Of a stretch of 64,000 nt of DNA, positions 38,074 through 48,400 are shown piece after piece. The notes under the pieces are model-generated. The model saw nothing but the letters and a program-made list of their open reading frames with translations. It made no database searches and was not told where the DNA came from. Position 1 is the first letter of the stretch; every line of letters begins with the position of its first letter. The position numbers and the translations under genes are program-made. Source of the DNA: an uncultured delta proteobacterium (GTDB lineage: Bacteria; Desulfobacterota; RBG-13-43-22); NCBI GenBank assembly GCA_963821645.1, contig CAWGEQ010000034.1, forward strand, positions 62,934-126,933. Direction: 5' to 3'.

Positions 38074-39129
38074 CTAATCCACCCTTTTCTTCATGGCCAG
38101 CTCTTGTTTGACCCCTTCGAGCATCTTAATTAAGATATAAAGAGATAAGGCACTCACCAATCCCAGGACCAGAACGGTCGCTGAAATGTCCAATATGGCT
38201 TTTCCGCTGGGTATATATTTGGGAAGGAGTTTCATGATAACCGAAAGTTCACAGCCGATCACCGCCAGCCCAAAAGCGATCCGGATACCGTATCCCTTGA
38301 TATATTTTGTGGCCACGGTTCCGACCTGGGCCCCGACAGCCGCACCGAAGAGCATAATAAGGGCGGCCACCAATTCGGTCCGGCCTTTAAAGGTATAAGT
38401 GCCGGCCCCATAAAGGCCGGAGATCATGACTTCAAAAAGATCGGTTCCGACGGCAATGTGGGTCGGGCAGCCGACAAAATAGATCAGGGCCGGCATGCGG
38501 ATCAACCCGCCGCCGATCCCCAGGATTCCGGCCAACCAACCGGTTAAAAAACTGACAAAAATCGGCAACCAGGCGGTACAATAAATCTGGGCTTCTTTAA
38601 AATGGATCATGGGGGGAATCTTGATTTTGTGCAAGGTCTTGTGCCATTCGATGCCGGTGGCCAACTGATCCAGTTCCTTCCCCGCTGCTTTCAGCTCTTT
38701 CTCTTTCTTTCTTTTCTTGAAAACGTCGGCGAAGACCATCCAGGCGATCAAGGTCAACAAGACAATGTATAACCATCGAACATACAAGTCCACTTTGCCG
38801 AGACGTTCGAACCACATAATCATCTGGGCCCCGATCTCAAACCCGATGATGGTGCCGATCAGCATGATGAACCCTAATTTATAATCCACGTTGCCGAATT
38901 TACCGTGGCGCAGGGTGGATATGAGGGATTTGCCGGCCATATGGGCCACATCGGTCCCAATGGCGAAGGCCATGGGAAACCCAAGGATATTGAGACCAGG
39001 GGTGACCATCCAGGCACCGCCCATTCCAAAAAAACCACCGATTATGCCGACGCCCAGTCCCAGGATGACCAGGCCGGGCCAGAATATAGTCACTCCGGAA
39101 ATAGGCATAAGAACGTATAACCAATCCAT
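38074..39129 (-). CDS. TSUP (TauE/SafE) family sulfite/anion exporter-like membrane protein with large central cytoplasmic loop
   Basis: Two 4-TM repeats, each with 'GxGGG' motifs (IIGGFFGMGGAW; ILGIGGGLIRMPALIYF), separated by a charged loop (KKRKKEKELKAAGKELD). Confidence 0.7.
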   Translation of the reverse strand: MDWLYVLMPISGVTIFWPGLVILGLGVGIIGGFFGMGGAWMVTPGLNILGFPMAFAIGTDVAHMAGKSLISTLRHGKFGNVDYKLGFIMLIGTIIGFEIGAQMIMWFERLGKVDLYVRWLYIVLLTLIAWMVFADVFKKRKKEKELKAAGKELDQLATGIEWHKTLHKIKIPPMIHFKEAQIYCTAWLPIFVSFLTGWLAGILGIGGGLIRMPALIYFVGCPTHIAVGTDLFEVMISGLYGAGTYTFKGRTELVAALIMLFGAAVGAQVGTVATKYIKGYGIRIAFGLAVIGCELSVIMKLLPKYIPSGKAILDISATVLVLGLVSALSLYILIKMLEGVKQELAMKKRVD

Positions 39130-39167
39130 ATTATCTCCTCCTCATCATTCTATTGAAATCATCATTC

Positions 39168-39467
39168 TTAATGTTCGGCCAATTCCCTGGATGTCAGGTC
39201 GATCCCGATCCGTTTCATGACAAAATCGGCCAATAAACCCAGGATCAGACCGACTACCGGAATCGTTATGACCGTTACGACGGTAAAGTAGGCATGACTT
39301 TCATTATAGAGATTAGCCCACCAGGCCTCCCAACCGGTCAACCTTCGGGTATCGGCTACAATGACTATTAAATCCGCTTTTTCTCCCGCGGCCAGGACAA
39401 GCTCAGGGATCAGCAGGGCGATTATCCCTAACAAACCGATTATTCCCTTCCAAAAAGTTCGCATCAC
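39168..39467 (-). CDS. small two-TM membrane protein
   Basis: 99 aa with two strongly hydrophobic helices. It is co-oriented with and immediately upstream of the TSUP gene. Confidence 0.45.
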   Translation of the reverse strand: MMRTFWKGIIGLLGIIALLIPELVLAAGEKADLIVIVADTRRLTGWEAWWANLYNESHAYFTVVTVITIPVVGLILGLLADFVMKRIGIDLTSRELAEH

Positions 39468-39492
39468 TATCCTCCTTGATTTTTTAACTTTC

Positions 39493-39906
39493 TTATCTGA
39501 TCACGGTAACCGTACAAGGGGCCAGGGAGACGACTTTAGCCGCCGTACTGCCCATGAGGGCTCGGCTTAAACCTGTTCGTCCGGTACTCCCTAAAAGGAT
39601 CCTGTCGCATTTTATCTCTTCGGCCTTCCGAAGGATGTTATTTGCCGGGACCCTGCCCGTCTCCATCACTAATTCGACCTCAATATTCTTTTGATCAAAA
39701 AGGACCTTGGCCTTTTCGAGGGCCGTCCACGCCTCGGCTTCCAGTTTGTCCTGGATATTGGGAGGCATTTCATCCAAATCTTCTTTGGAAAAATAGGCTA
39801 CGGAAATAATAATTACCTTAGCCCCTTCCTTTTCGGCCATTTCAAGGGCCCCTTTAACCGCTTTCATGGCTTGTTCCGAACCATCAGTGGCTACCAATAC
39901 TTTCAT
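39493..39906 (-). CDS. universal stress protein (UspA family)
   Basis: 'KVLVATDGSEQA', 'ILLGSTGRTGLSRALMGSTAAKVV' ATP-binding Usp motif. Confidence 0.85.
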   Translation of the reverse strand: MKVLVATDGSEQAMKAVKGALEMAEKEGAKVIIISVAYFSKEDLDEMPPNIQDKLEAEAWTALEKAKVLFDQKNIEVELVMETGRVPANNILRKAEEIKCDRILLGSTGRTGLSRALMGSTAAKVVSLAPCTVTVIR

Positions 39907-40056
39907 GAACCCTCCTCATTTAATATTTTTAATAAATTATAAGGCAATATCCATGCCATCGATATTAACAGAGGGGATTCTCAAAAATTCTATTGAAGAT
40001 AAGATGTTAAGGATATCTTCCGCTTCCCCCTTATCCGCTAAGACCCGTATTTGAAA

Positions 40057-40101
40057 CCTCAAATCACGAGAGTGTAATTTAAATAATTACACTCTCGTGA
40101 T
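40057..40101. repeat. perfect 19-bp inverted repeat with 5-nt spacer (aaatcacgagagtgtaatt taaat aattacactctcgtgattt)
   Basis: Read directly from the sequence. It is intergenic between the MFS gene end (40155) and the usp start (39906). No T-tract follows on either strand. Confidence 0.7.
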
Positions 40102-40154
40102 TTGTGTATCTTGATTAATCTTTGCCTGAGGGGAAAAGGATCCAGGGCTTCCCC

Positions 40155-41360
40155 TTAAGGGGTCTGACGGGGATGAAAGGAGGCGGAAGGCAAGAGAAAG
40201 CAGAGCAAGAATCCGATTAGAGGCATGATCGTCAAGGATTGAAGGGCTGTCGGTACTCCCCAATGATCGGCCACCAGGCCCAGCAGGGTTACCCCTAAAC
40301 CACCGGTCCCGATGGCAAATCCGACCATTAATCCGGAGGCCATCCCCAACTTGCCCGGCAAAAGGTCCTGGGCCATGACCACCGTGACGGAAAAACTGGC
40401 AATCAGGACAAACCCCGCTAAGGCCAGAATGACAAAGGCCCCCCATCCCTGGACCTTAAGGAAGAGATAAAGGAGGGGGATCATCAGGAGCATGGTCAAG
40501 GTGAGAAAATTTTTATGTCCCCAACGGTCGGCCAACCTGGACCCCGCCAAGGTTCCTATGGTCCCGGAGATCAAAAAGGTGGTGACCATCTTCCCGGCCA
40601 AGAGCGGATCTCCTTTTAAGTGATTGATATAATAGAAGGGAATAAAGGTAACCAGTCCCATCTGCATCCAAGACCTCATGGTGACAACCAGAATCAGGAT
40701 AACCAGTTTACCGTAGGAGGCGTTCGATTCTTGTTTGGCCTGAGAAGTTTCTATTTGCCCCGAAAGGGTGGAATAACGCAGGGTCGGCAGAAAAACAAAG
40801 AGAAACAGGCCCATGATCAAGCCGGGAAAACAATAAGCCAGGGTTCCGGTCAAGGAAAAATGGGTGACTAAGAAGGTCAGGGTAAAAGGCCCCAGGGCAA
40901 ACCCCAGGTTTCCCCCAACGGCAAAGATGGACATGCCCGAGGCCTTCTTCTGCCCGATAAAAAAATGGGCGGTTTTAAATCCTTCCGGATGGAAAGCCGC
41001 CACCCCCAATCCTCCCAGGATGACCACCAGAAGAAGAACCCCATAATTGGGCGAAAGCCCGGAAAGACCGACTCCCAATCCGGCAACCATGACCCCAAGG
41101 GGAATCAACCAGACTTTGGGCCGTTGATCTGAAAAATAACCGAAGAGGGGTTGGATAATCGATGAGGTCAGATTGGAGGTCAGTAAGACCATCCCGGCCG
41201 CGGTATAAGAAAGTCCCAGAGCTTCTTTTAAAAAAGGCAGGAGGGCGGGAACGGCCCCTTGGTTAATATCGGTTATCAAATGGGTCAAACTTAGCAAAAA
41301 TAAAATCTTAAGGTTCATAGGCGGATTATGGATTGACCTTCCAGTTTCATTAGAAATCAT
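40155..41360 (-). CDS. MFS transporter
   Basis: 401-aa ORF with ~12 TM helices. 'GRLADRWGHKNF' resembles the MFS loop 2-3/8-9 motif. Confidence 0.75.
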   Translation of the reverse strand: MISNETGRSIHNPPMNLKILFLLSLTHLITDINQGAVPALLPFLKEALGLSYTAAGMVLLTSNLTSSIIQPLFGYFSDQRPKVWLIPLGVMVAGLGVGLSGLSPNYGVLLLVVILGGLGVAAFHPEGFKTAHFFIGQKKASGMSIFAVGGNLGFALGPFTLTFLVTHFSLTGTLAYCFPGLIMGLFLFVFLPTLRYSTLSGQIETSQAKQESNASYGKLVILILVVTMRSWMQMGLVTFIPFYYINHLKGDPLLAGKMVTTFLISGTIGTLAGSRLADRWGHKNFLTLTMLLMIPLLYLFLKVQGWGAFVILALAGFVLIASFSVTVVMAQDLLPGKLGMASGLMVGFAIGTGGLGVTLLGLVADHWGVPTALQSLTIMPLIGFLLCFLLPSASFHPRQTP

Positions 41361-41467
41361 TAAGGGTTTATCCTTGACTAATTATTGAAAACAATTTAGT
41401 ATTTCATGTTTATTTTCCTGCCTCCGGTAAGTGAGGATAATCGTAACGATTTTTAAGGACTTAGTCA

Positions 41468-42961
41468 ATGGAAGAAGAAAACCAATTAAGACAACAGCGG
41501 CTGAAAAAAGTGGAAGAGTTAAAAATCCTGGGGATAGATCCTTATCCCAGCTTTAACAGGATCAGCCATAAAATAGAAGAGATTCATGCCCAATTTGATT
41601 CTTTGGAAGGCCTCGATCTGAACGAACCCACTCCCTTCATTCAGACCGCCGGGCGATTAATGACCCAAAGGGATTTTGGGAAAAGCATTTTTTTCCATAT
41701 TCAAGATGGTACGGGCCGTCTTCAAGGATATATAAAAAAAGACCTGATCGGCGAGGAATCCTTTGGCCTTTTTAAAAAAATAGACTTGGGGGATTTTTTG
41801 GGGCTGGAGGGTACTCTTTTCAAGACCAAAACCGGAGAACTCACCCTGTTAGTGAAGAAATTCCAATTGCTGGCTAAATCCCTGCGTCCCTTGCCGGAAA
41901 AATTTCATGGTCTGATGGATGTGGAACAACGATACCGGCAGCGATATCTGGATTTGCTGGTCAATGGCAAGGTGCGGGAGATTTTCCAGATGCGTTCCCG
42001 GTTGATCTCTTCGATCAGGAGTTTCATGACTGAAAGGAAGTTCTTGGAGGTTGAGACCCCTATGATGCAACCCATCGCCGGCGGAGCTACGGCCAAACCC
42101 TTTGAGACTTTCCATAATGCCCTGAACCTCCCCCTTTTTTTAAGGATCGCTCCGGAACTTTACTTGAAGCGTCTGGTTGTCGGTGGGATGGATAAAGTAT
42201 TTGAAATAAATAGAAATTTTAGGAATGAAGGGATCTCTATTCAGCACAACCCGGAATTTTCCATGATGGAATTCTACCAGGCCTATGCGACCTACCAGGA
42301 TTTGATGATCTTGACGGAAGAACTGTTCTCCGCCCTGTCCCTGGAGTTTAAAGGGAAATTAACTTTTCCCTACCAGGGAGAGTCTGTTGATTTAACCCCT
42401 CCCTGGAAAAGGATTTCCTTTCTGGGGTCTCTGGTTGAAATAGGAAAAATAGAACCCCGGATCTTGAACGCCCCCGGGGAAGCGATTAAATTGGCCCGTT
42501 CCCTGGGGGCGGATTTAAGACCGACCGACGGGCAGGGTAAGGCCTTGACCAAGATCTTTGAACAACTCATAGAACCCCAATTACGGCAACCGACTTTTGT
42601 TACCGGCTATCCCATTGAAGTATCTCCTTTGGCCAAGCGGAGCAAAGAAGACCCGAATTTGACCGATCGCTTTGAGTTATTTATCAACGGCCGCGAGATC
42701 GCTAATGGATTTACGGAACTGAATGACCCCCTGGACCAAAAAGAACGGTTCCTTAACCAGATGAAGGCCAAAGAGGCCGGGGATGAGGAGGCCCAACCCA
42801 TTGATTGGGATTATATCCTGGCCTTGGAATACGGTCTGCCCCCCACGGCCGGGGAAGGCATCGGTATCGACAGACTGGTCATGCTTTTTGCCGACGCACC
42901 TTCAATACGGGAGGTCATTTTGTTCCCCCAGTTAAAGCCGGAGAAGATGCCGGGGGCTTGA
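41468..42961 (+). CDS. lysS: lysine--tRNA ligase (class II)
   Basis: 497 aa. N-terminal OB anticodon-binding domain; class II motifs '[11 protein letters not shown]', '[10 protein letters not shown]...[14 protein letters not shown]', '[11 protein letters not shown]'. Confidence 0.9.
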   Translation: MEEENQLRQQRLKKVEELKILGIDPYPSFNRISHKIEEIHAQFDSLEGLDLNEPTPFIQTAGRLMTQRDFGKSIFFHIQDGTGRLQGYIKKDLIGEESFGLFKKIDLGDFLGLEGTLFKTKTGELTLLVKKFQLLAKSLRPLPEKFHGLMDVEQRYRQRYLDLLVNGKVREIFQMRSRLISSIRSFMTERKFLEVETPMMQPIAGGATAKPFETFHNALNLPLFLRIAPELYLKRLVVGGMDKVFEINRNFRNEGISIQHNPEFSMMEFYQAYATYQDLMILTEELFSALSLEFKGKLTFPYQGESVDLTPPWKRISFLGSLVEIGKIEPRILNAPGEAIKLARSLGADLRPTDGQGKALTKIFEQLIEPQLRQPTFVTGYPIEVSPLAKRSKEDPNLTDRFELFINGREIANGFTELNDPLDQKERFLNQMKAKEAGDEEAQPIDWDYILALEYGLPPTAGEGIGIDRLVMLFADAPSIREVILFPQLKPEKMPGA

Positions 42962-43034
42962 TATTGGATACTTGATACAATAAAACCCTTGTTGCGAGAG
43001 GATTTATCTTTTATCCAGTATCTTGTGTTTCCAT

Positions 43035-43085
43035 AATGCCTTTACAAAATAGTCATTCCGGACCCCCGCGGGAATGACGGCCTTA
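43035..43085. repeat. REP-like palindromic element (gtcattccggacccccgcgggaatgac)
   Basis: Near-perfect inverted repeat around 'cccccgcggg'. It lies between lysS and lolC. Confidence 0.6.
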
Positions 43086-43212
43086 GGAACGTTGTAAAGG
43101 TTAGTTAGAGACACGACGATAGAATCCAGTATCGTTCCGCCAGAGGCTTTTGACCTCGAGTTTTAGAAAAGCTACGGGTAAATTCTCAGAGGGATTCACT
43201 TAGAAATCAAAA

Positions 43213-44460
43213 ATGTCTTTCGAATTATTTGTCAGTTATCGTTATCTAAAGGCCAAGAGGAAACAGACTTTTATCTCCATCATTACCTTCATTTCCATGG
43301 GCGGCGTCGCCCTGGGGGTTATGGCCTTGATTGTTGTCCTGGCGGTGATGAGCGGGTTTGAAAACGATTTAAAAAATAAAATTTTGGGACTGAATTCTCA
43401 TGCCTTGGTCTTGAGCTGGGACAATGCCATCGGAAACTATGCCCAGGTGGTCCATCGAGTGGAATCGGTTCCTGGAGTAACGGCCGCCACCCCCTTTATT
43501 CTGACCCAGGTCATGATGAGCGCCGGTGGGCAGGTGACCGGGGCTGTTCTCCGAGGTATTGATATCAGGAGCGCACCAAAGGTGATATCCCTGGATCGTA
43601 TTATCAAGAAAGGGAGCTGGAAGGCCCTGGAAGAACCCCCCATGGCCGAAGGACAAAAAGAACCGGGTCTCCCAGGGATCATTTTAGGCCAGGAATTGGC
43701 CAGGGCCTTGGGACTTTCTTTAAACGATACCCTTTCGGTTATTTCTCCTTTGGGGGAATTAACACCCTTGGGAAGAGTCCCCAAGATGAGACCCTTTAAA
43801 CTGGTCGGAACCTTCGAGTCGGGGATGTTTGAATATGATTCCTCCATCGCCTTTGTTTCCCTGGCCCAGGCCCAGGCTTTTTTAGGCCTTGGGGAAAAAG
43901 TCACCGGTTTGGAAATCAAAACCAGGGACGTCTATCAGGCGGCCGAGATCGCCCGGGCCGTCCAGACGAAATTGGGTTTTCCCTTTTGGACCAAGGATTG
44001 GATGCGCATGAACAAGAACCTGTTTTCAGCCTTGAAGCTGGAAAAACTGGTCATGTTTATCATCCTGACCCTAATTATTCTGGTGGCGGCTTTTAATATC
44101 GTGGCCTCTTTGATCATGGTGGTCATGGAAAAAACCAAGGATATAGCCATACTAAAATCCATGGGGGCGACAGCACCCAGTATCATGAAAATTTTTATGC
44201 TGGAAGGGGTTATCATCGGGTCGGTGGGTACGGTCCTGGGACTGATCGGCGGCGTGGGTTTGTGCCAGATCCTGGAAAGATATCAGTTTATCAAACTGCC
44301 CAGCGATGTGTATTACATCTCCTCTCTACCGGTTTTAATGAAAGGGTGGGATCTATTAGTGATCGTGGTTTCGGCCCTGGGGACCAGTTTGATCGCCACC
44401 CTTTACCCGGCCTGGCAAGCCTCTCGGCTTGACCCGGCCGAAGCTATTCGGTATGAGTAG
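43213..44460 (+). CDS. lolC: lipoprotein-releasing system permease LolC/LolE (FtsX-like)
   Basis: 'MSFELFVSYRYLKAKRKQTFISIITFISMGGVALGVMALIVVLAVMSGFE' is the conserved LolC/E N-terminus, with a periplasmic domain and a C-terminal FtsX 3-TM bundle. Confidence 0.85.
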   Translation: MSFELFVSYRYLKAKRKQTFISIITFISMGGVALGVMALIVVLAVMSGFENDLKNKILGLNSHALVLSWDNAIGNYAQVVHRVESVPGVTAATPFILTQVMMSAGGQVTGAVLRGIDIRSAPKVISLDRIIKKGSWKALEEPPMAEGQKEPGLPGIILGQELARALGLSLNDTLSVISPLGELTPLGRVPKMRPFKLVGTFESGMFEYDSSIAFVSLAQAQAFLGLGEKVTGLEIKTRDVYQAAEIARAVQTKLGFPFWTKDWMRMNKNLFSALKLEKLVMFIILTLIILVAAFNIVASLIMVVMEKTKDIAILKSMGATAPSIMKIFMLEGVIIGSVGTVLGLIGGVGLCQILERYQFIKLPSDVYYISSLPVLMKGWDLLVIVVSALGTSLIATLYPAWQASRLDPAEAIRYE

Positions 44461-44480
44461 GGAGGTTTTAGAAATAATTT

Positions 44481-45170
44481 ATGCTTGAGCCTTTGGTGAC
44501 AGTCAGAAATTTAGAGAAATTTTTTATCAATAACCAACATCGCGTCGAAGTGCTTAAGGGTCTCGACCTCAATCTCTATAAACAAGATACCCTCGCCGTG
44601 GTAGGGGCTTCAGGGACCGGGAAATCGACCTTGCTCCACATCCTGGGGACTCTGGATCGACCTTCCGGCGGTCAAGTGTTGTTTGAGGGCCAGAACATTT
44701 TTGAACAAACAGCCAAAGAATTAGCCCGTTTTCGGAACCGGAAAATCGGGTTTGTTTTTCAATTTCATCATCTGCTTCCGGAATTTACCGCCCTGGAAAA
44801 CACCATGATGCCTCTGTTGATAGGCGGGAGCGGCAAGCAGAAGGCCCAGGAAAGGGCCGAAGAAATCCTGATCCAATTAGGTCTCCGAGACCGTTTGTTC
44901 CATCGGATCGGAGAACTTTCCGGCGGGGAACAGCAACGGGTGGCCATTGCCCGGTCTTTGATCGGTTCTCCCCAACTGATCCTGGCTGATGAGCCGACGG
45001 GAAATTTAGATCGAAAAACAGGGGAACAGATTGTGGATTTATTCCTCCGGCAAAATCAGGAAAATGGTGTAACCTTTCTGATGGTTACCCATAATCAAGA
45101 ACTATCAAGACGATTCAGAAGAAATATAAAAATTGTGGATGGCAAGGCCACAGAAATCCATACCGAATAA
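44481..45170 (+). CDS. lolD: lipoprotein-releasing system ATP-binding protein LolD
   Basis: Walker A 'GASGTGKST', signature '[15 protein letters not shown]', Walker B '[11 protein letters not shown]'. It directly follows lolC. Confidence 0.85.
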   Translation: MLEPLVTVRNLEKFFINNQHRVEVLKGLDLNLYKQDTLAVVGASGTGKSTLLHILGTLDRPSGGQVLFEGQNIFEQTAKELARFRNRKIGFVFQFHHLLPEFTALENTMMPLLIGGSGKQKAQERAEEILIQLGLRDRLFHRIGELSGGEQQRVAIARSLIGSPQLILADEPTGNLDRKTGEQIVDLFLRQNQENGVTFLMVTHNQELSRRFRRNIKIVDGKATEIHTE

Positions 45171-45182
45171 AAGGGAGTACAT

Positions 45183-47831
45183 ATGCCGAGGAAAATCATT
45201 CTCATTTTGATGGTTTTTTTTATCCTTCCGGGTTTGACCGTCCTTAAAGTCCAGGCTGCCCCGGTGGGGAAAGTGGCCCTCCTGCCGTTTACCATTTACA
45301 GCCAGGAAGATTTAACCTATTTACAAAAAAATATTTTGGAGACCCTGGCCAACAGTTTAGGTAAACAACATATCCCCCTGCTCCCTATTTCCAAAACGGA
45401 ATCTTGGCTGGGTCAAAAAATCCCCAGCGATTGGACGGAACTGCGGGCCATTGGGAAACAATTGGAGGCGGACTGGGTCGTCTATGGCAGCTTGACCAAG
45501 ATCGGACAACGGTTGAGCTTGACCGGCAATCTTTTAGAAATCAAGTCCGATAAACCTCCCCTGTCCTTTTCCACGACCGGAGAGGGATTGGAAAATGTTC
45601 TCAAGCTGATAGAGAGATTTTCCAAAGAAGCGGGGTTGAGGATCTTAGGGCAGGAAAAGATTGTCGAGATCTCAGTCAGGGGAAATAAAAGAATTGAAGC
45701 CCAGGCCATCGAAAGAGAACTCAAATCCAAGGCCGGCGAGGCCTATAACCCCGAACTACTGGACCAGGACTTGCGGGCCATTTTCAAGATGGGCTTTTTT
45801 TCCGATGTCCGGCTGGAGGTTAACCAGACCCCCCAGGGGAAGACGGTTGTCTTTGTTGTCACCGAACGTCCTTTTGTTAAAAGGATTGAAATCAAAGGGA
45901 ATGCCGAACTCAAAGAGGATGAGCTAAAAGAACAGTTGACCGTCAAGGCCTATACCATTTTAAATTTAAATACGGTCAGCGAAGGTTCCGAGAAGCTTTT
46001 GGCCTTTTATCAGTCGAAGGGATATTTTAATGCCCAGGTGACCTATTCGGTCTCTTACGAAGACAATGGGCAAGCGGCGGTGGTCGTTTATAATATCGTC
46101 GAAGGGAAAAAGGTTTATATCAAAACGATTACCTTTCAGGGGAATAAAGGTTTTTCCGATAAAATACTCAAAGGTTTAATGGAAACCAATGAGAAAGGCT
46201 TTTTTTACTGGTTCACTTCTTCCGGGGTCTACAAAAAAGAGCTTCTGGAACAGGACCAGGAAAAATTATCTTCTTTTTATTACAACCATGGTTATTTAAA
46301 GGCCAAAGTCGGGGAACCGACCGTTCGTCATGAAGGAGAATGGCTGTATATTACCATCCCCATTGAGGAAGGCCAGCAATATAAGATGGGTTCGGTGGAC
46401 ATCAAGGGAGATTTGATTCAACCCAAGGAAAAATTGATGGCCTCCTTATCGATCACCAAAGAAAAATATTATAACCGCGAGGTGATCCGTAAGGATATTT
46501 TAACGCTCAATGACCTTTATTCCTTGGAAGGATATGCCTTTGTCGAGATTAACCCTCAAATCAAAGAAGACCCTTCGGTGCCTAAGGTCGATCTCGTCTA
46601 TGAAATCAAAAAGGGGTCCAAGGTCTATTTTGAACGTATTGATATCGTCGGGAACGTTAAGACCCGGGATAAGGTGATCCGCAGGGAATTTAAGGTGGCT
46701 GAAAAAGGCCTCTTTGATGCCACGGCCCTCCGGAAAAGCAATGAAAACCTCCGCCGTCTGGATTATTTTGAAGAGATCAACCTCTCGACTTCTCCAGGAA
46801 GCCAGGAAGATCGCATGAATTTGAAGGTCGATGTCAAAGAAAAACAGACCGGCTCTTTTTCCATTGGGGCCGGGTATAGTGCCGTCGACCAATTTATCCT
46901 TATGGGGCAGATCTCTCAAAGAAACCTTTTTGGGCGGGGTCAATCCATAAGTCTGGACGCCCAACTCGGGGCCATTACCAGCCGTTATAATCTGAATTTT
47001 ACCGAACCCTGGCTTTTTGATACCCGGATCTCAGCCAGCACCAACATCTATAACTGGGAACGGATCTGGGACCAATATACCCAAAACAGCCTCGGAGGTT
47101 CGGTAGACTTCGGTTACCCCCTCTTTGAAGAATTTACCCGGGGGTTTGTCACCTATACCTATGACGATACCAATGTAACTAATATCCAGGCAGGCGCCGC
47201 CCAAGTCATTCAAGACATGTCCGGACGCCATCAGACCAGCAGCGTTAAATTAACCCTTAAAAGGGATTCGAGAGACCTGATATTCAATGCCACCAAGGGA
47301 TCAATCAACAGTGTTTCCATAGAATATGCCGGCGGCCCTTTTGGGGGGACTAATTATTTTACCCGCTATCTGGCCAGCTCGGGTTGGTATTTCCCCTTTT
47401 ATTGGGAGACCACCTTTTTTGTCAACGGCAAGGTGGGATTAATCGAGCAGAATGCCGGGGGTGATTTGCCCTTATACCAAAAGTTTTACTTAGGCGGCAT
47501 CAACTCAATACGAGGGTTCAAATATTACTCCATCAGCCCCAGGGACCCCGCAACCAACCAGTTAATCGGCGGCGAGAAGATGGTGCAATTTAATTTAGAA
47601 TACATATTCCCCTTGATTCAAAAGGCCGGGATTAAAGGATTGATTTTCTTTGATGCCGGCAATGCCTACAATGGAGGGTTTGATGCCGGGGATCTGCGCA
47701 AAAGCGTGGGTACGGGAATCAGGTGGTATTCCCCTATGGGGCCGCTGCGTTTGGAATGGGGCTTTAATATCAATCCCAAGCAGGGCGAAGATACCAACAA
47801 CTGGGATTTCAGCATTGGGACCTTTTTTTAA
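45183..47831 (+). CDS. bamA: outer-membrane protein assembly factor BamA with an extra ~130-aa N-terminal domain
   Basis: 882 aa. Signal peptide; the extra domain (residues ~26-155) is 'KVALLPFTIYSQEDL...DWVVYGSLTKIGQRLSLTGNLLEIKS'. POTRA repeats begin at 'IVEISVRGNKRIEAQAIERELKSKAGEAYN'. The C-terminal beta-barrel ends in '...FSIGTFF'. Confidence 0.85.
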   Translation: MPRKIILILMVFFILPGLTVLKVQAAPVGKVALLPFTIYSQEDLTYLQKNILETLANSLGKQHIPLLPISKTESWLGQKIPSDWTELRAIGKQLEADWVVYGSLTKIGQRLSLTGNLLEIKSDKPPLSFSTTGEGLENVLKLIERFSKEAGLRILGQEKIVEISVRGNKRIEAQAIERELKSKAGEAYNPELLDQDLRAIFKMGFFSDVRLEVNQTPQGKTVVFVVTERPFVKRIEIKGNAELKEDELKEQLTVKAYTILNLNTVSEGSEKLLAFYQSKGYFNAQVTYSVSYEDNGQAAVVVYNIVEGKKVYIKTITFQGNKGFSDKILKGLMETNEKGFFYWFTSSGVYKKELLEQDQEKLSSFYYNHGYLKAKVGEPTVRHEGEWLYITIPIEEGQQYKMGSVDIKGDLIQPKEKLMASLSITKEKYYNREVIRKDILTLNDLYSLEGYAFVEINPQIKEDPSVPKVDLVYEIKKGSKVYFERIDIVGNVKTRDKVIRREFKVAEKGLFDATALRKSNENLRRLDYFEEINLSTSPGSQEDRMNLKVDVKEKQTGSFSIGAGYSAVDQFILMGQISQRNLFGRGQSISLDAQLGAITSRYNLNFTEPWLFDTRISASTNIYNWERIWDQYTQNSLGGSVDFGYPLFEEFTRGFVTYTYDDTNVTNIQAGAAQVIQDMSGRHQTSSVKLTLKRDSRDLIFNATKGSINSVSIEYAGGPFGGTNYFTRYLASSGWYFPFYWETTFFVNGKVGLIEQNAGGDLPLYQKFYLGGINSIRGFKYYSISPRDPATNQLIGGEKMVQFNLEYIFPLIQKAGIKGLIFFDAGNAYNGGFDAGDLRKSVGTGIRWYSPMGPLRLEWGFNINPKQGEDTNNWDFSIGTFF

Positions 47832-47852
47832 TAAAATTTGAGGAGGAAATGA

Positions 47853-48398
47853 ATGAGTCACCATTTTGTTAAACCCTTTTCATTGATCATCGGGATCTTT
47901 TTAATTTTATTGGCCATTCCGTCCTGGGCCAGTGATCCCCCTCTGAAAGTAGGCATCCTGGACCTTCAGCGATGTCTCCAACAGTCTGAGGCCGGCAAAA
48001 AAGCCTCCAAAAGCCTGCAGGAGAAATCGGATCGAATCAAAAAAGAGTTGACGGTCAAGCGGGAAGATCTGAAAAAACTGCGCGAGGAATTCAACAAAAA
48101 GAGCAATGTCCTCAGTCAGGACGCCAAGAGAGACAAGGACAAGGAATTGATCCGGAAAGAGGAAGATTTCAGGGACCTGGTCCGGGAGAAAGAGGAAGAG
48201 ATGCATAAGGATGAATACAATGCCATGCAACCTCTTTTAAGCGAATTATTCGAGATCACCAGTAAAGTGGCCAAGGATGAAGGGTATACCCTGATCCTGG
48301 AAGCCAAGAGCGGCGTGGTTTATTACACCAAGCCGATAGACCTGACCGATAAGGTCATCAAACTTTTTAATGAAACGAAAAGGGACAAAAAGAAATAG
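47853..48398 (+). CDS. skp: periplasmic chaperone Skp (OmpH family)
   Basis: 181 aa, signal peptide, then long coiled-coil Lys/Glu-rich helices. Its position between bamA and lpxD is canonical. Confidence 0.8.
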   Translation: MSHHFVKPFSLIIGIFLILLAIPSWASDPPLKVGILDLQRCLQQSEAGKKASKSLQEKSDRIKKELTVKREDLKKLREEFNKKSNVLSQDAKRDKDKELIRKEEDFRDLVREKEEEMHKDEYNAMQPLLSELFEITSKVAKDEGYTLILEAKSGVVYYTKPIDLTDKVIKLFNETKRDKKK

Positions 48399-48400
48399 GC

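Noticed and set aside
40057-40101. 19-bp palindrome as intrinsic terminator
   Set aside because: The stem is AT-rich and no U-tract follows on either strand. It is reported as a candidate operator instead.
46500-46964. 154-aa minus-strand ORF
   Set aside because: It is antisense inside the bamA POTRA region.
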